From an uncultured bacterium (lineage in GTDB: Bacteria > Cyanobacteriota > Vampirovibrionia > Gastranaerophilales > Gastranaerophilaceae): a stretch of DNA of 64,000 nucleotides. The position numbers and the translations under genes were made by a program. Of this stretch, positions 28,113 through 37,397 are shown piece after piece; the stretch's first letter is position 1; every line of letters begins with the position of its first letter. The DNA lies in the NCBI GenBank assembly GCA_958366705.1, contig CATXCB010000003.1:16193-80192 (forward strand). The letters are read 5' to 3'. The notes under the pieces were generated by a model that did not search any database, was not told the DNA's origin, and was given only the letters and a program-made list of their open reading frames with translations.

Positions 28113-29242
28113 TTTATTTTAGCCCTCATATTTACTGTATCTTTTATCCATTCAATAATTTTGTCTTCAGATTCTTTTGAATATTCAAGTTCAAAAATGT
28201 TTTTTCTGTTTGGGTCAATTGCTTTGAGTGAAAAACCTTTTGAAACTTTCATTTCTGATATGACATCAAACCTGTATCTTTCTTTAAAATTTGTATAAAG
28301 AATTATTTGTAAATTGTTTATACCCGACAGAATCTCAGATAAACCACTTCTCAAACTGATAATTGCCAACGCTTTGTGTGCAATAGCATATGCCTCTTCC
28401 AGTGTCATATCTTTTGAATTTCTAATAATTTTTATATTTAATTCTTTTTCAAGTTTATCCCAGAATTTTTTGTCAATATTTTCGCAGGTGGTTGCATCAG
28501 TTGATAAAAATACAAATTTTTTTATGTTATTTTTTTGTAAATAATCTCTTGTTCTTTTTTTTAATTCTTGAGATATTTTTACATTATTTGAGTTGGAGAT
28601 ATTCTTTTTAGAAATATTAAAAAAGTTGTATATTTCAGACATATAATGGCAATGCCCGTTTCTTATTTTTTCTTCAGTATTGGTATAGAATTTCATTGGG
28701 AATGCTACATACACATATTGTTCTCCAACCAACATAACTTTATTATTGATTTCGTAATGAAGATTTGTTGTATAGATTCTATCAATATTTGGGGTAAGCA
28801 TATTGATAAGATTTAGATGATATTTTTTTGTCGCAATTATCAGTGGTACATCAGATTTTAAGATTAGATTATTTAATATGAATTTAAGAAAAAGATATGC
28901 TTCTCCTAAATTGGATTTTAGAATAAATATTTTATTGTATTTAGGATTTACAATTTTCTTTAAGATTTTTTTTGTTTCTTCTTCCTTGCCTGTTATTCTT
29001 TTAAATGTGTTTAAAACTTTAAGCTCTATTATATCAAGATTTTCTATTCGCTCTAAAAGTGGCAAATTAAATAATTTAGTAATCCTATATTCTGTATAAT
29101 TTTCATATTTTTTTGTCTTTGACAGTATTCTGAGTATAGTTTTATATTTATAATTATAGCTTTTTGTAATAGTACAAACTGGTATACCAAATATTTGGTA
29201 TATTTCTTCTTTTTGTTTTTTTATTTTTTTTATAATACTCAT
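28109..29242 (-). CDS. hypothetical protein, GT9-like glycosyltransferase candidate; paralog of 23534..24649
   Basis: FLSTDATT...AIISLRSGLSEILSGINNLQIILYTN pattern. Confidence 0.35.
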   Translation of the reverse strand: MSIIKKIKKQKEEIYQIFGIPVCTITKSYNYKYKTILRILSKTKKYENYTEYRITKLFNLPLLERIENLDIIELKVLNTFKRITGKEEETKKILKKIVNPKYNKIFILKSNLGEAYLFLKFILNNLILKSDVPLIIATKKYHLNLINMLTPNIDRIYTTNLHYEINNKVMLVGEQYVYVAFPMKFYTNTEEKIRNGHCHYMSEIYNFFNISKKNISNSNNVKISQELKKRTRDYLQKNNIKKFVFLSTDATTCENIDKKFWDKLEKELNIKIIRNSKDMTLEEAYAIAHKALAIISLRSGLSEILSGINNLQIILYTNFKERYRFDVISEMKVSKGFSLKAIDPNRKNIFELEYSKESEDKIIEWIKDTVNMRAKIK

Positions 29243-29258
29243 TTAACTGTTCCTGCTT

Positions 29259-31043
29259 TTAAAGCTCTATTAAATCCTGTTTTTTAAATTGTGCATCATA
29301 TAAAGATTTGTACGCGCCATTTTCTATATGAAGCAATTCATCATGTGTTCCTTGTTCAACAATATGTCCTTTATTAACTACAATAATTTTGTCGGCATTT
29401 TTTATTGTTGACAACCTGTGCGCTATAACAAAAACAGTTTTATCTTTCATTAAATTATCAATAGCTTTTTGTACGACGGCTTCAGCTTTATTATCCAGAG
29501 CACTTGTTGCTTCATCAAGAACAACTATAGGGGCATTTTTTATAAATGCACGTGCTATTGCAATCCTTTGCTTTTGGCCTCCTGATAGTCTGATTCCGCG
29601 TTCTCCGATTTGTGTATCAAGACCTTTTTCCAGACTTGCGATGAATTCATCTAAAAATGCCATTTTTACCGCTTGATTAATTTCTTCGTCAGTAGCATTT
29701 TCTTTTCCTAGTAGAATATTTTCTTTTATCGTACCTGAAAATAGGAAGTTATCCTGAAAAACAACTGCAATATTCTGGCGTAGTGAATGTAATTTGAATT
29801 TGTTGATATTAACACCGTCAAATAGAATTTCACCGCGTTCAATATTATAGAATCTAGGCAGCAGGTTAACTAATGTTGTTTTACCTCCGCCAGAATTACC
29901 GACAAATGCGGTTGTAGTGCCGGCTTTTACTTTAAAGTTGATATTCTCCAATACATCCGGCAGTTTTTTACCATAACTGAATGAGATATTTCTATATTCA
30001 ATTGAGTCATTTAGTCCATTCATTTCAATACTTTCAGGGGCATTCTGGATTCCAGGTTTTCTATTTAGCATACTGAATATTCTGTCTATAGCCATGAATG
30101 AAAACTGAACATCGTTCAAGTTATTACCTAAATTTTTAATAGGGGTATATAGCATAATCAATGCAGTAATAAATGATACAAAATTACCGCTGGTTATTGA
30201 TTTTGTTACGATTAAATGGCTTCCGTAGCCAATGGCTGCACCGATACCGATGGATACAATTATATGCATCATTGGGGATAGCCAGGATGTTCTTTGTGTA
30301 ATTTTAATTCGGAAATTGAAAATGTTATTGAGTACATTATTAAATTTATGCATTTGTACATTCTCAAGGTTAAATGAAGTAATGGTTTTATTTCCGGAAT
30401 AAGTTTCATTATATATTGTAATAATTTGCGAACCAGCAGCTACAGATTTATTCATTACTTCTTTTATTCGTTCACGAATTCTTGCCAGCGGTAGAAATGC
30501 ACAACCAAGTACTGTGATTGCAATTATTGAAAGCTGCCATGAATTATAGATTAAAACAGCAATCAATGAAATTGAAGAAAAAAGACGTGAAGTAAATGTT
30601 TTTAGATTTGCTAGTAATCCATTACATGCTAGGTCTGCATCTTTATTAAATCTGTAAATAATATCTCCGGATTTTCTTGCATCGAAGAATGAAGTTTCAT
30701 AGCTTAGCAATTTTCTGTATAAGTCTCGTTTTAGAGCATTTGTAATTTTACCGCCAACCCATGTATTTAGATATGTTGCCATGTAATTTAGAAATCCCTG
30801 TATACAGGTAAATAAAACAATTCCAAGTGGAATGTACCATGGTGATTGGATTGATTTATCAATCATTACGATGTCCATATAAGGTTTTAATGCAAGAGCT
30901 ATAACTGCATCTAATGCACCTATTGGTATACAAATTACTATTGCCATTAATGCTCTAAACCAATATGGTTTTATGTATGGCCACATACGTTGATAATTTT
31001 TGACAAACTCAATTTTTGCCACTTTTTTTTGAACTTTTTCCAT
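29259..31043 (-). CDS. ABC transporter, fused permease/ATPase (MsbA-like exporter)
   Basis: Six N-terminal TM helices. Walker A GNSGGGKTT, signature LSGGQKQRIAIARAF and Walker B VVLDEATSALD. Confidence 0.85.
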   Translation of the reverse strand: MEKVQKKVAKIEFVKNYQRMWPYIKPYWFRALMAIVICIPIGALDAVIALALKPYMDIVMIDKSIQSPWYIPLGIVLFTCIQGFLNYMATYLNTWVGGKITNALKRDLYRKLLSYETSFFDARKSGDIIYRFNKDADLACNGLLANLKTFTSRLFSSISLIAVLIYNSWQLSIIAITVLGCAFLPLARIRERIKEVMNKSVAAGSQIITIYNETYSGNKTITSFNLENVQMHKFNNVLNNIFNFRIKITQRTSWLSPMMHIIVSIGIGAAIGYGSHLIVTKSITSGNFVSFITALIMLYTPIKNLGNNLNDVQFSFMAIDRIFSMLNRKPGIQNAPESIEMNGLNDSIEYRNISFSYGKKLPDVLENINFKVKAGTTTAFVGNSGGGKTTLVNLLPRFYNIERGEILFDGVNINKFKLHSLRQNIAVVFQDNFLFSGTIKENILLGKENATDEEINQAVKMAFLDEFIASLEKGLDTQIGERGIRLSGGQKQRIAIARAFIKNAPIVVLDEATSALDNKAEAVVQKAIDNLMKDKTVFVIAHRLSTIKNADKIIVVNKGHIVEQGTHDELLHIENGAYKSLYDAQFKKQDLIEL

Positions 31044-31172
31044 TAAAATTTATCCCAATAATTATCTCTACTTAGAACAATTTTAATATGGTAAACTTTA
31101 AAATAGTCTTGTTGTATGGAAAAAATTAGCCATGCGGGTAATGTTTTGTTAATATAAGTTTACAATAATATT

Positions 31173-32186
31173 TTAGTTTATAGCTCTGTTAAATCCGCTC
31201 CAATCAAAGGTTTTAGAGCTAACTAAAGAGCTAATTTGTTCAATATTTTGATTTTTTAAGTTTTTAAACTCGTCTTTAAAATTATTTTTCATATCTATCA
31301 CCGGCAATTGAAATTCTTTTGCAATTTTTGCGACTTTTATGTCGTAGTTTATGGCTAAAATTTTACATTTAGCGAGAAGTCCAATAATTATTGCGTGAAA
31401 TCTCATTGCAATAAGATATTCTGATTTTGAAATTTTAGATATTATTTCTTCATTTGTTAAGTTTGAATAAATAGTTGTTTTCATGTCAGGATTGAGCAAA
31501 TTAACAGCTTTTTGAAATCTTTTGCATATTTCAAGGTCAATTGCGTCTTGAAATGAATATATTTCAAGATTTTTATCGGAAAATACGTTACACACCTGTT
31601 GTGCCAATCTGTCAATAAAATCTTCATTCATGGTTCTAAAATCTCTAAGTTGGACGGCAACAGTATTGGTTTTTGAAGAGAAATCCACATCAGTAGAAAA
31701 AATAGGATCGCACACCAAATCTGAATTTATGTTCCAGCTTTTTAAGAGGTCGTAGCTTTTTTCATCTCTGACACTGATATATGTACAGTGTTTAAGCAAT
31801 TGCTTTGTCAATATTTTCCCAGCCATGCTGTTAATTGGACCTATTCCCTGAGCAAAAATAATAACTTTTTTCCTTAGAAAAAGCCCGATAGCTATAACTA
31901 CAAGATAATATATAAGACTTTTTACACTTGTCACATCCTGTAATAAACTGCCTCCACCTGATATCAGAACATCAGATTTTGATATAGCGCCTATAATATT
32001 TCTAAAATTAAAAGTTTTTATACTTCTGATATGTTTATAATTTTTTAAAGTATATTGCGGATCAGATGATATAACAGTAACGCGATGTTTATCTTGCTGT
32101 AATTTGTTAACCAGTACAGATAAAATTGCTTCATCTCCGAAGTTTTTAAATCCAAAGTAACCTGATAAAACAAATCTTTTTTTCAT
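31173..32186 (-). CDS. polysaccharide pyruvyl transferase (CsaB/WcaK family)
   Basis: N-terminal FVLSGYFGFKNFGDEAIL and C-terminal MRFHAIIIG motifs. Confidence 0.7.
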   Translation of the reverse strand: MKKRFVLSGYFGFKNFGDEAILSVLVNKLQQDKHRVTVISSDPQYTLKNYKHIRSIKTFNFRNIIGAISKSDVLISGGGSLLQDVTSVKSLIYYLVVIAIGLFLRKKVIIFAQGIGPINSMAGKILTKQLLKHCTYISVRDEKSYDLLKSWNINSDLVCDPIFSTDVDFSSKTNTVAVQLRDFRTMNEDFIDRLAQQVCNVFSDKNLEIYSFQDAIDLEICKRFQKAVNLLNPDMKTTIYSNLTNEEIISKISKSEYLIAMRFHAIIIGLLAKCKILAINYDIKVAKIAKEFQLPVIDMKNNFKDEFKNLKNQNIEQISSLVSSKTFDWSGFNRAIN

Positions 32187-33133
32187 TAATACTCTCCGGT
32201 ATTATATATTTTATAAACTTCATCGTGGTAAGGTATTGATTTTATTGCTCCTATTCCCTGAGCTTGCAGACCTGCATCAATAGATGCTATTTTTGCAGCT
32301 TCAACAGGTGAATATCCTTTTGCTATAGAATGCAGAAATGCACCATTAAATGCATCACCTGAAGAGGTAGTATCAACAATGTTTTCTGTGTAGAAAGGTA
32401 TAAAGTTTAAATTTCCCTGATGCTTGACAAAATATCCTTTATCATGGCTTGATTTTATAACAATAATTTGAACTCCGTTATCCGCAAGATGTTTTATTAT
32501 GTTTTCAAGAGATTCAATGTCAAAGATACTTTTAGCGTCATACTTAGAGCTCATTAGTAATATATCAGTCAGGGGAAGTATCTCATCAAAAAATTCTTTT
32601 GCATCTTCTGATGTTGTAACAATAGCTGAGTAATTCGGGTCATATGCTGTTGTGACGCCATTGTTTTTAGCTATTTCAAAAGCTTTTTTTACTGCTTCAC
32701 GAGATTTCATCGATAAAGATTGTGTAACACCTGAGGCATAAACAATTTTTGAACTTCTTATATATTCTTCATCAATGTCATCTATTGATAACTGTGCAGG
32801 TGCAATCTTTTTTCTATAGTATTCAAATTCTTTATCATGAACAGATGTTCTAGAGACCATGTATAACCCGTTTTTTTCTTCAACAACTTTTACATGTTTG
32901 GTATCTAGTCCTTCTTTTTCCCAGCTGGAAAGCATGTATTCTTTAAAAGAATCGTTGCCCAGACAGGTGATAAATCCAACATTTGAATTTAGTCTTTTCG
33001 CTGCAACTGCTACAACTAAAGAGTCTCCTCCGTAATATTTGTGAAGACATTCTGCATCTTTGAGTTTTTGGTTTGTAGAAAATTCAATCAGACTTTCTCC
33101 GATTGTTATCAAGTCAAATTTGTTTTCTGGCAT
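32186..33133 (-). CDS. PfkB-family carbohydrate kinase (2-dehydro-3-deoxygluconokinase-like)
   Basis: DLITIGESLIEF and DTTSSGDAFNGAF (the PfkB DTxGAGD motif). Confidence 0.75.
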   Translation of the reverse strand: MPENKFDLITIGESLIEFSTNQKLKDAECLHKYYGGDSLVVAVAAKRLNSNVGFITCLGNDSFKEYMLSSWEKEGLDTKHVKVVEEKNGLYMVSRTSVHDKEFEYYRKKIAPAQLSIDDIDEEYIRSSKIVYASGVTQSLSMKSREAVKKAFEIAKNNGVTTAYDPNYSAIVTTSEDAKEFFDEILPLTDILLMSSKYDAKSIFDIESLENIIKHLADNGVQIIVIKSSHDKGYFVKHQGNLNFIPFYTENIVDTTSSGDAFNGAFLHSIAKGYSPVEAAKIASIDAGLQAQGIGAIKSIPYHDEVYKIYNTGEY

Positions 33134-33136
33134 AAT

Positions 33137-33736
33137 TTATCTTATTTGCTCCAATAAATTTTTTGCTCGTTTTGTGATTTCTGCATAAGAATCAGCATTA
33201 GTAAGATTTCTGCCAACTCCTACTGCAACCGCACCTGCTTTGATATATTCCGGTACTTCTTCTAATTTTACATTCCCTTGAGGAATAATATTCAAAAATG
33301 GCATTGGTCTAAGCAGATTTTCAATATACTCAACACCGCCCATAGCAGTAATAGGATATATTTTTACAAGAGGAATTCTTGATTTCCATGCTGTATATGC
33401 CTCGTTAGCTGTTGATGTCCCGGCAATAAAAGGCAAACGCTTGTCTTTAGATATTTTTAGCAAATTATGCTGAAATATTGGTGAAGATATAATCTTTGCA
33501 CCGGAGTCAATAGCTGCCTGAGCTTGAATTGATGTGATTATACCTCCGGCACATATTATTGCATCGTTAGATAATGCTTTAATTGCGTTAAATATGCTTG
33601 GAGTTTCCACATTAATCTCCATAATATTTAAGCCGCCGTCTATAAGCGCTTTTGCTGTATCTATTACTACTTGGGTATCTGCGCTTCTAATAATTGGCAA
33701 TACTTTGTTTTTTGAAAGTTCATCAATTAAATTCAT
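33137..33736 (-). CDS. KDPG/KHG aldolase family protein (Eda-like)
   Basis: LPIIRSADTQVVIDTAKALIDGGLNIMEI...GAKIISSP. 199 aa. Confidence 0.8.
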   Translation of the reverse strand: MNLIDELSKNKVLPIIRSADTQVVIDTAKALIDGGLNIMEINVETPSIFNAIKALSNDAIICAGGIITSIQAQAAIDSGAKIISSPIFQHNLLKISKDKRLPFIAGTSTANEAYTAWKSRIPLVKIYPITAMGGVEYIENLLRPMPFLNIIPQGNVKLEEVPEYIKAGAVAVGVGRNLTNADSYAEITKRAKNLLEQIR

Positions 33737-33802
33737 TTTAATATCTATCCTTTTTTTTGAATTTATTATATCATAAAATAAAACTTTGACCGGGGGAGTA
33801 TT

Positions 33803-35791
33803 ATGAAAAAATTAAAAAACAAGTTCTTTTATATAAATTCTTGTTTCTTATACATAGCATTAATATTTGTATTTTTTATATTTACAATAATGTTTGTGGA
33901 ACAATATGCTACGAGTTTTTTGGTTTCAAAATTTGCTGCTAATAAAGCTGTTTCTCCTGATATTGTTGAAATTGTTGTTGATGAAACTTCTATGCGGGAA
34001 TATAAATGGCCATGGGCGCGCGAACTTTACACTGATATGCTGGATTATTTTCATAGTTATGCAAAGCCAAAAGTTGTTGGGTTTGACATGATTGTAACCT
34101 CTTTTGATAGTTCAAAACCGGAAGATATTGATTTTGCAAAGCAGATTTCAAAAATGGATAATTTTGTATACGGATTTGTTCCGGAAACTGTTGATAATCC
34201 ATCAAAAAATCCTTTTTTAACTAAATTTAAAGACAGGCATTCTTTGAAATTAAGTGCTAGTCAAGAGCAGTTATCTACAGCGTATAATTCTTTTGTTAAT
34301 CCTCCCGGTGAGCTTTTTGATGCTGTCAAAAATTTTGGATCTCTTATGTTAGAGGGCGCAAATGGTTCAGGTTATATTTTTTCTACTGTCAGTACCCTAA
34401 AAATAGGTGATTCATATTATCCGTCGCTTCCATTAAGGATGTACATGCTTTTTAACAATACAAATAAAGTTGTACTGGATAATGATTATATTATTTATCC
34501 GGAAACAGGATTGAAAATTCCATACATATATAATTCTGACGGTCTTTTGAAAACTTATTTAAGATATTATCCTAATTACGAGAAAGGTAATATTGTTACA
34601 GATTATTCTCATCAAAATATTTCAGCTTCGCGTATTGTGGATTCGTATAAGGCGCTAAAAGCCGGCATTACCCCTGTTACAAATCCTGATATGTATGATA
34701 TAAAGACTGGAAAATATATAAATCCGGAATTCTTTAAAGATAAAGCAGTTATTATAGGTGCTAATATATCCGGTCCGACAGCCGATGTTTTGAAATCTCC
34801 TATGTCAGACAGGCATCCGGGGGTTGATATTCAGGCATCAGCTCTTGATAATCTTTTTAATGCACATTTCTTAAAATTTGCAGGATTGGGAGTGAATTTC
34901 TTATCTTTTCTTATATTAGCATTAGTTGCTTTTATTTTTATATTGAGATTTCGCTTTTTTAGAGGAATATTGTCAATTATTGTTTTTGATATTGCATACC
35001 TTTTGTTGGTATTTTCTTGTGCTTCCAAAGGTTATATTATGAGTTATGCCGTTCCGCTTGTCAGCCAATTTGTTACTGCTATTTTTGCATATTCATTTAA
35101 ATTTATTTCAGAAAATAGAAATAAAGAAAAAATAAAACAAGCAATGGGTAAATATCTTTCTCAAGATGTTATGAAAAATGTAGTGAGAAATATTGATGAT
35201 TTGAAACTTGGAGGAAAAAGAGCCATTGTTACTGTTTTATTCTCGGATATTAGGGGATTTACCAGTTTAAGTGAAAAAATGTCTGCAGAGGAAGTTTCAA
35301 TGATATTAAATGAATATTTTGCGGAAATGGAACCAATTATTAGTAAATACAATGGTGTTATTAATAAATTTATTGGTGATGCAGTTATGGCAATATTTGG
35401 AGAGCCTATACAGGATATGAATCATGCTCAAAATGCTGTGAAGTGTGCCTATGAAATGCTAAAAAAAGTTGAATACCTTCGAGAAAAATGGTTATTTGAG
35501 GGTAAACCAAAGATTGAAATCGGTGTTGGTATAAATACAGGTGAAGTATTTATTGGAAATATCGGAACAGAAACACGTATGGAATATACTGTTATAGGAG
35601 ATACTGTTAATCTGGCAAGCAGAATTGAAAGCTATAATAAAGTGTATAAAACAAATTTACTTGTCAGCAGTTCAACTTACGCATCAATTGCGGATATCGC
35701 TGATGTTATAAAAATTTCGGAAGTTCAAATTCGTGGTAAGGCAAAGAAAATGAACATATATGAAGTACTGAGAATAGATAAAGACAGATAA
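33803..35791 (+). CDS. CHASE2-domain membrane sensor fused to class III adenylate/guanylate cyclase
   Basis: N-terminal TM helix, periplasmic CHASE2-like domain, 3 TM helices, then VTVLFSDIRGFTSL...FIGDAVMAIFG cyclase motifs. Confidence 0.8.
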   Translation: MKKLKNKFFYINSCFLYIALIFVFFIFTIMFVEQYATSFLVSKFAANKAVSPDIVEIVVDETSMREYKWPWARELYTDMLDYFHSYAKPKVVGFDMIVTSFDSSKPEDIDFAKQISKMDNFVYGFVPETVDNPSKNPFLTKFKDRHSLKLSASQEQLSTAYNSFVNPPGELFDAVKNFGSLMLEGANGSGYIFSTVSTLKIGDSYYPSLPLRMYMLFNNTNKVVLDNDYIIYPETGLKIPYIYNSDGLLKTYLRYYPNYEKGNIVTDYSHQNISASRIVDSYKALKAGITPVTNPDMYDIKTGKYINPEFFKDKAVIIGANISGPTADVLKSPMSDRHPGVDIQASALDNLFNAHFLKFAGLGVNFLSFLILALVAFIFILRFRFFRGILSIIVFDIAYLLLVFSCASKGYIMSYAVPLVSQFVTAIFAYSFKFISENRNKEKIKQAMGKYLSQDVMKNVVRNIDDLKLGGKRAIVTVLFSDIRGFTSLSEKMSAEEVSMILNEYFAEMEPIISKYNGVINKFIGDAVMAIFGEPIQDMNHAQNAVKCAYEMLKKVEYLREKWLFEGKPKIEIGVGINTGEVFIGNIGTETRMEYTVIGDTVNLASRIESYNKVYKTNLLVSSSTYASIADIADVIKISEVQIRGKAKKMNIYEVLRIDKDR

Positions 35792-35807
35792 GAAAGGAGC
35801 TAAAAAT

Positions 35808-35915
35808 GCTAAAATTCAGTAATAACAAGAAAATCGGGGGGGGGTAACCTTTTAAAGCTATACTCTGACAGCGTTCTAAGGTCTTTAGGAATATTTATTT
35901 TAAATTGTTTTGCAA
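35808..35915. repeat. left copy of ~110-bp inverted repeat (contains G9 tract 35836-35844)
   Basis: ggagctaaaaatgctaaaattcagtaataacaagaaaatc-G9-taaccttttaaagctatactctgacagcgttctaaggtctttaggaatatttattttaaatt is nearly identical to the reverse complement of 58081-58203. Confidence 0.85.
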
Positions 35916-35924
35916 ATCCAACCT

Positions 35925-36030
35925 CTCACTGTCATTCTGAACCGGTATGTCACCCTGAACTTGTTTCAGGGTCTCAACCCCATTGCACAACGAAGAGATT
36001 CCGAACCAAGTTCGTAATGACAGTGCTCGC
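35925..36030. repeat. MITE/REP-like palindromic units upstream of and overlapping the pilin start
   Basis: gtcattctgaaccggtatgtcaccctgaacttgtttcagggtc ... gattccgaaccaagttcgtaatgaca. Confidence 0.65.
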
Positions 36031-36748
36031 CAAGAATGCAGCATTTACACTTGCCGAAGTCCTCATTACTCTTGGGATAATTGGTGTTGTTGCTGCATTA
36101 ACTATACCTGGATTAGTTACTAAATATACCGAAAAAGCTACAGTGTCATCTGTTAAGGCTGTTTTTTCTATGCTATCTCAAGGTTTTCGCTTGGCGATTG
36201 ATGAGTATGGCGAAGTTTCAACTTGGTGCGATATTAAAGCTAGTTCTGACTATGATGATTGTTCTGCTATTATTGCAGAGAAACTTTCTCATTTTGTCAA
36301 AATGACACCTGTAACAAAATATAATGTAGTTTATAAAAATAGATTTAATAATGTTCATATGACTTTTACTAACAATATATGGGTATTAAATAATGGGACT
36401 GTATTGAATTTTGCGTCACACAATGGAGATAGATCTCCAAAAGACTGGTGTAAAACAAGTGCATCATCATCACTAGCATCGAGTTTATATTATGGTTCTT
36501 GTGGTTATATTTTTCTTGACATAAATGGTGCATCACTACCAAATATTGATGGAAGGGATGTCTTTAAATTGCATATATATTATGATGGTCTAGCTCCTGT
36601 TGGTAGAAAAAGAGACACTATTTGGGTGAATTCTTTTAATGATCAATGTATGGGTAAAAAAGAATTTACGTATTTTGGATCATGTACAGGCTGGGTAATT
36701 GAGAAAGAAAACATGGATTATTTACATTATACTAATTTAACTTATTAA
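36017..36748 (+). CDS. prepilin-type N-terminal cleavage/methylation domain protein (type IV pilin/pseudopilin-like)
   Basis: MTVLAKNAAFTLAEVLITLGIIGVVAALTIPGL N-terminus. 243 aa. Confidence 0.65.
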   Translation: MTVLAKNAAFTLAEVLITLGIIGVVAALTIPGLVTKYTEKATVSSVKAVFSMLSQGFRLAIDEYGEVSTWCDIKASSDYDDCSAIIAEKLSHFVKMTPVTKYNVVYKNRFNNVHMTFTNNIWVLNNGTVLNFASHNGDRSPKDWCKTSASSSLASSLYYGSCGYIFLDINGASLPNIDGRDVFKLHIYYDGLAPVGRKRDTIWVNSFNDQCMGKKEFTYFGSCTGWVIEKENMDYLHYTNLTY

Positions 36749-36776
36749 AAAAGAGAGGCAAATGCCCCTCTTTTTA
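36749..36776. terminator. bidirectional terminator hairpin (agagaggcaaatgcccctct) flanked by A/T runs
   Basis: Lies between convergent pilin (+) and yajQ (-). Confidence 0.5.
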
Positions 36777-37274
36777 TCTATAATTTGTAAATTGTAGCGG
36801 ATAATCGTACTTGTCTTCATTCTTTCGTAATTCTTGTATTACAGCTTGAAGATCATCTTTATCTTTACCGGAAACTCTTACTTGTTCCCCCTGAATTGAT
36901 GCTTGAACTTTTAATTTAGTACCTTTAATATCTGCTACAATTTTCTTTGCAAGTTCTTGTGTTAATCCTTTTTTTAGATTGAATACCTGACGAACATTTC
37001 CGCCCAACGCATTTTCTACACTTTGAGGATCCAGTATTTTTAGGCTAAGGTTTCTTTTTGATAATTTTGATTGAAGAATATCAACAATATTTCTTAATTT
37101 CATTTCGTCATTAGTTGTGATAGTAATTGATTTATCCACGTCAAGGTCAACTTGTGAATTTGAATTTTTTAAGTCAAATCGTGATGTCAATTCTCTTTTT
37201 ACCTGATCAACGGCATTAACAAGTTCTTGTTTGTCGTATTCTGATACAATATCAAAACTGCAATCTTTAGCCAT
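36774..37274 (-). CDS. yajQ: YajQ family cyclic-di-GMP/nucleotide-binding protein (UPF0234)
   Basis: End-to-end similarity to E. coli YajQ (SFDIVSEYDKQE...KLKVQASIQGEQVRVSGKDKDDLQAV). Confidence 0.85.
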   Translation of the reverse strand: MAKDCSFDIVSEYDKQELVNAVDQVKRELTSRFDLKNSNSQVDLDVDKSITITTNDEMKLRNIVDILQSKLSKRNLSLKILDPQSVENALGGNVRQVFNLKKGLTQELAKKIVADIKGTKLKVQASIQGEQVRVSGKDKDDLQAVIQELRKNEDKYDYPLQFTNYR

Positions 37275-37397
37275 AAATTTTATCCTCCATTTTTATTTGA
37301 ATGCACTAATTTTATAAATATAACATAAAAAAGTAGGATTTTTCAATCCTACCTAAAACTACACACTACCATTCTATTCTATTACAGGGAATTATAA

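Noticed and set aside
33133-33137. Reading kdgK + eda simply as an Entner-Doudoroff/KDG catabolic pair unrelated to the downstream genes
   Set aside because: This is not fully rejected. The tight operon packing with csaB and the exporter argues for a shared function, so both readings are kept open in the findings.
35808-35915. Possibility that the 110-bp inverted repeat is an rRNA/tRNA fragment or IS terminal inverted repeat
   Set aside because: No tRNA cloverleaf or rRNA-like conserved blocks are recognisable. No transposase ORF lies inside or adjacent, and the segment between the copies is 22 kb of housekeeping genes. It is retained as an unexplained repeat rather than a mobile element.
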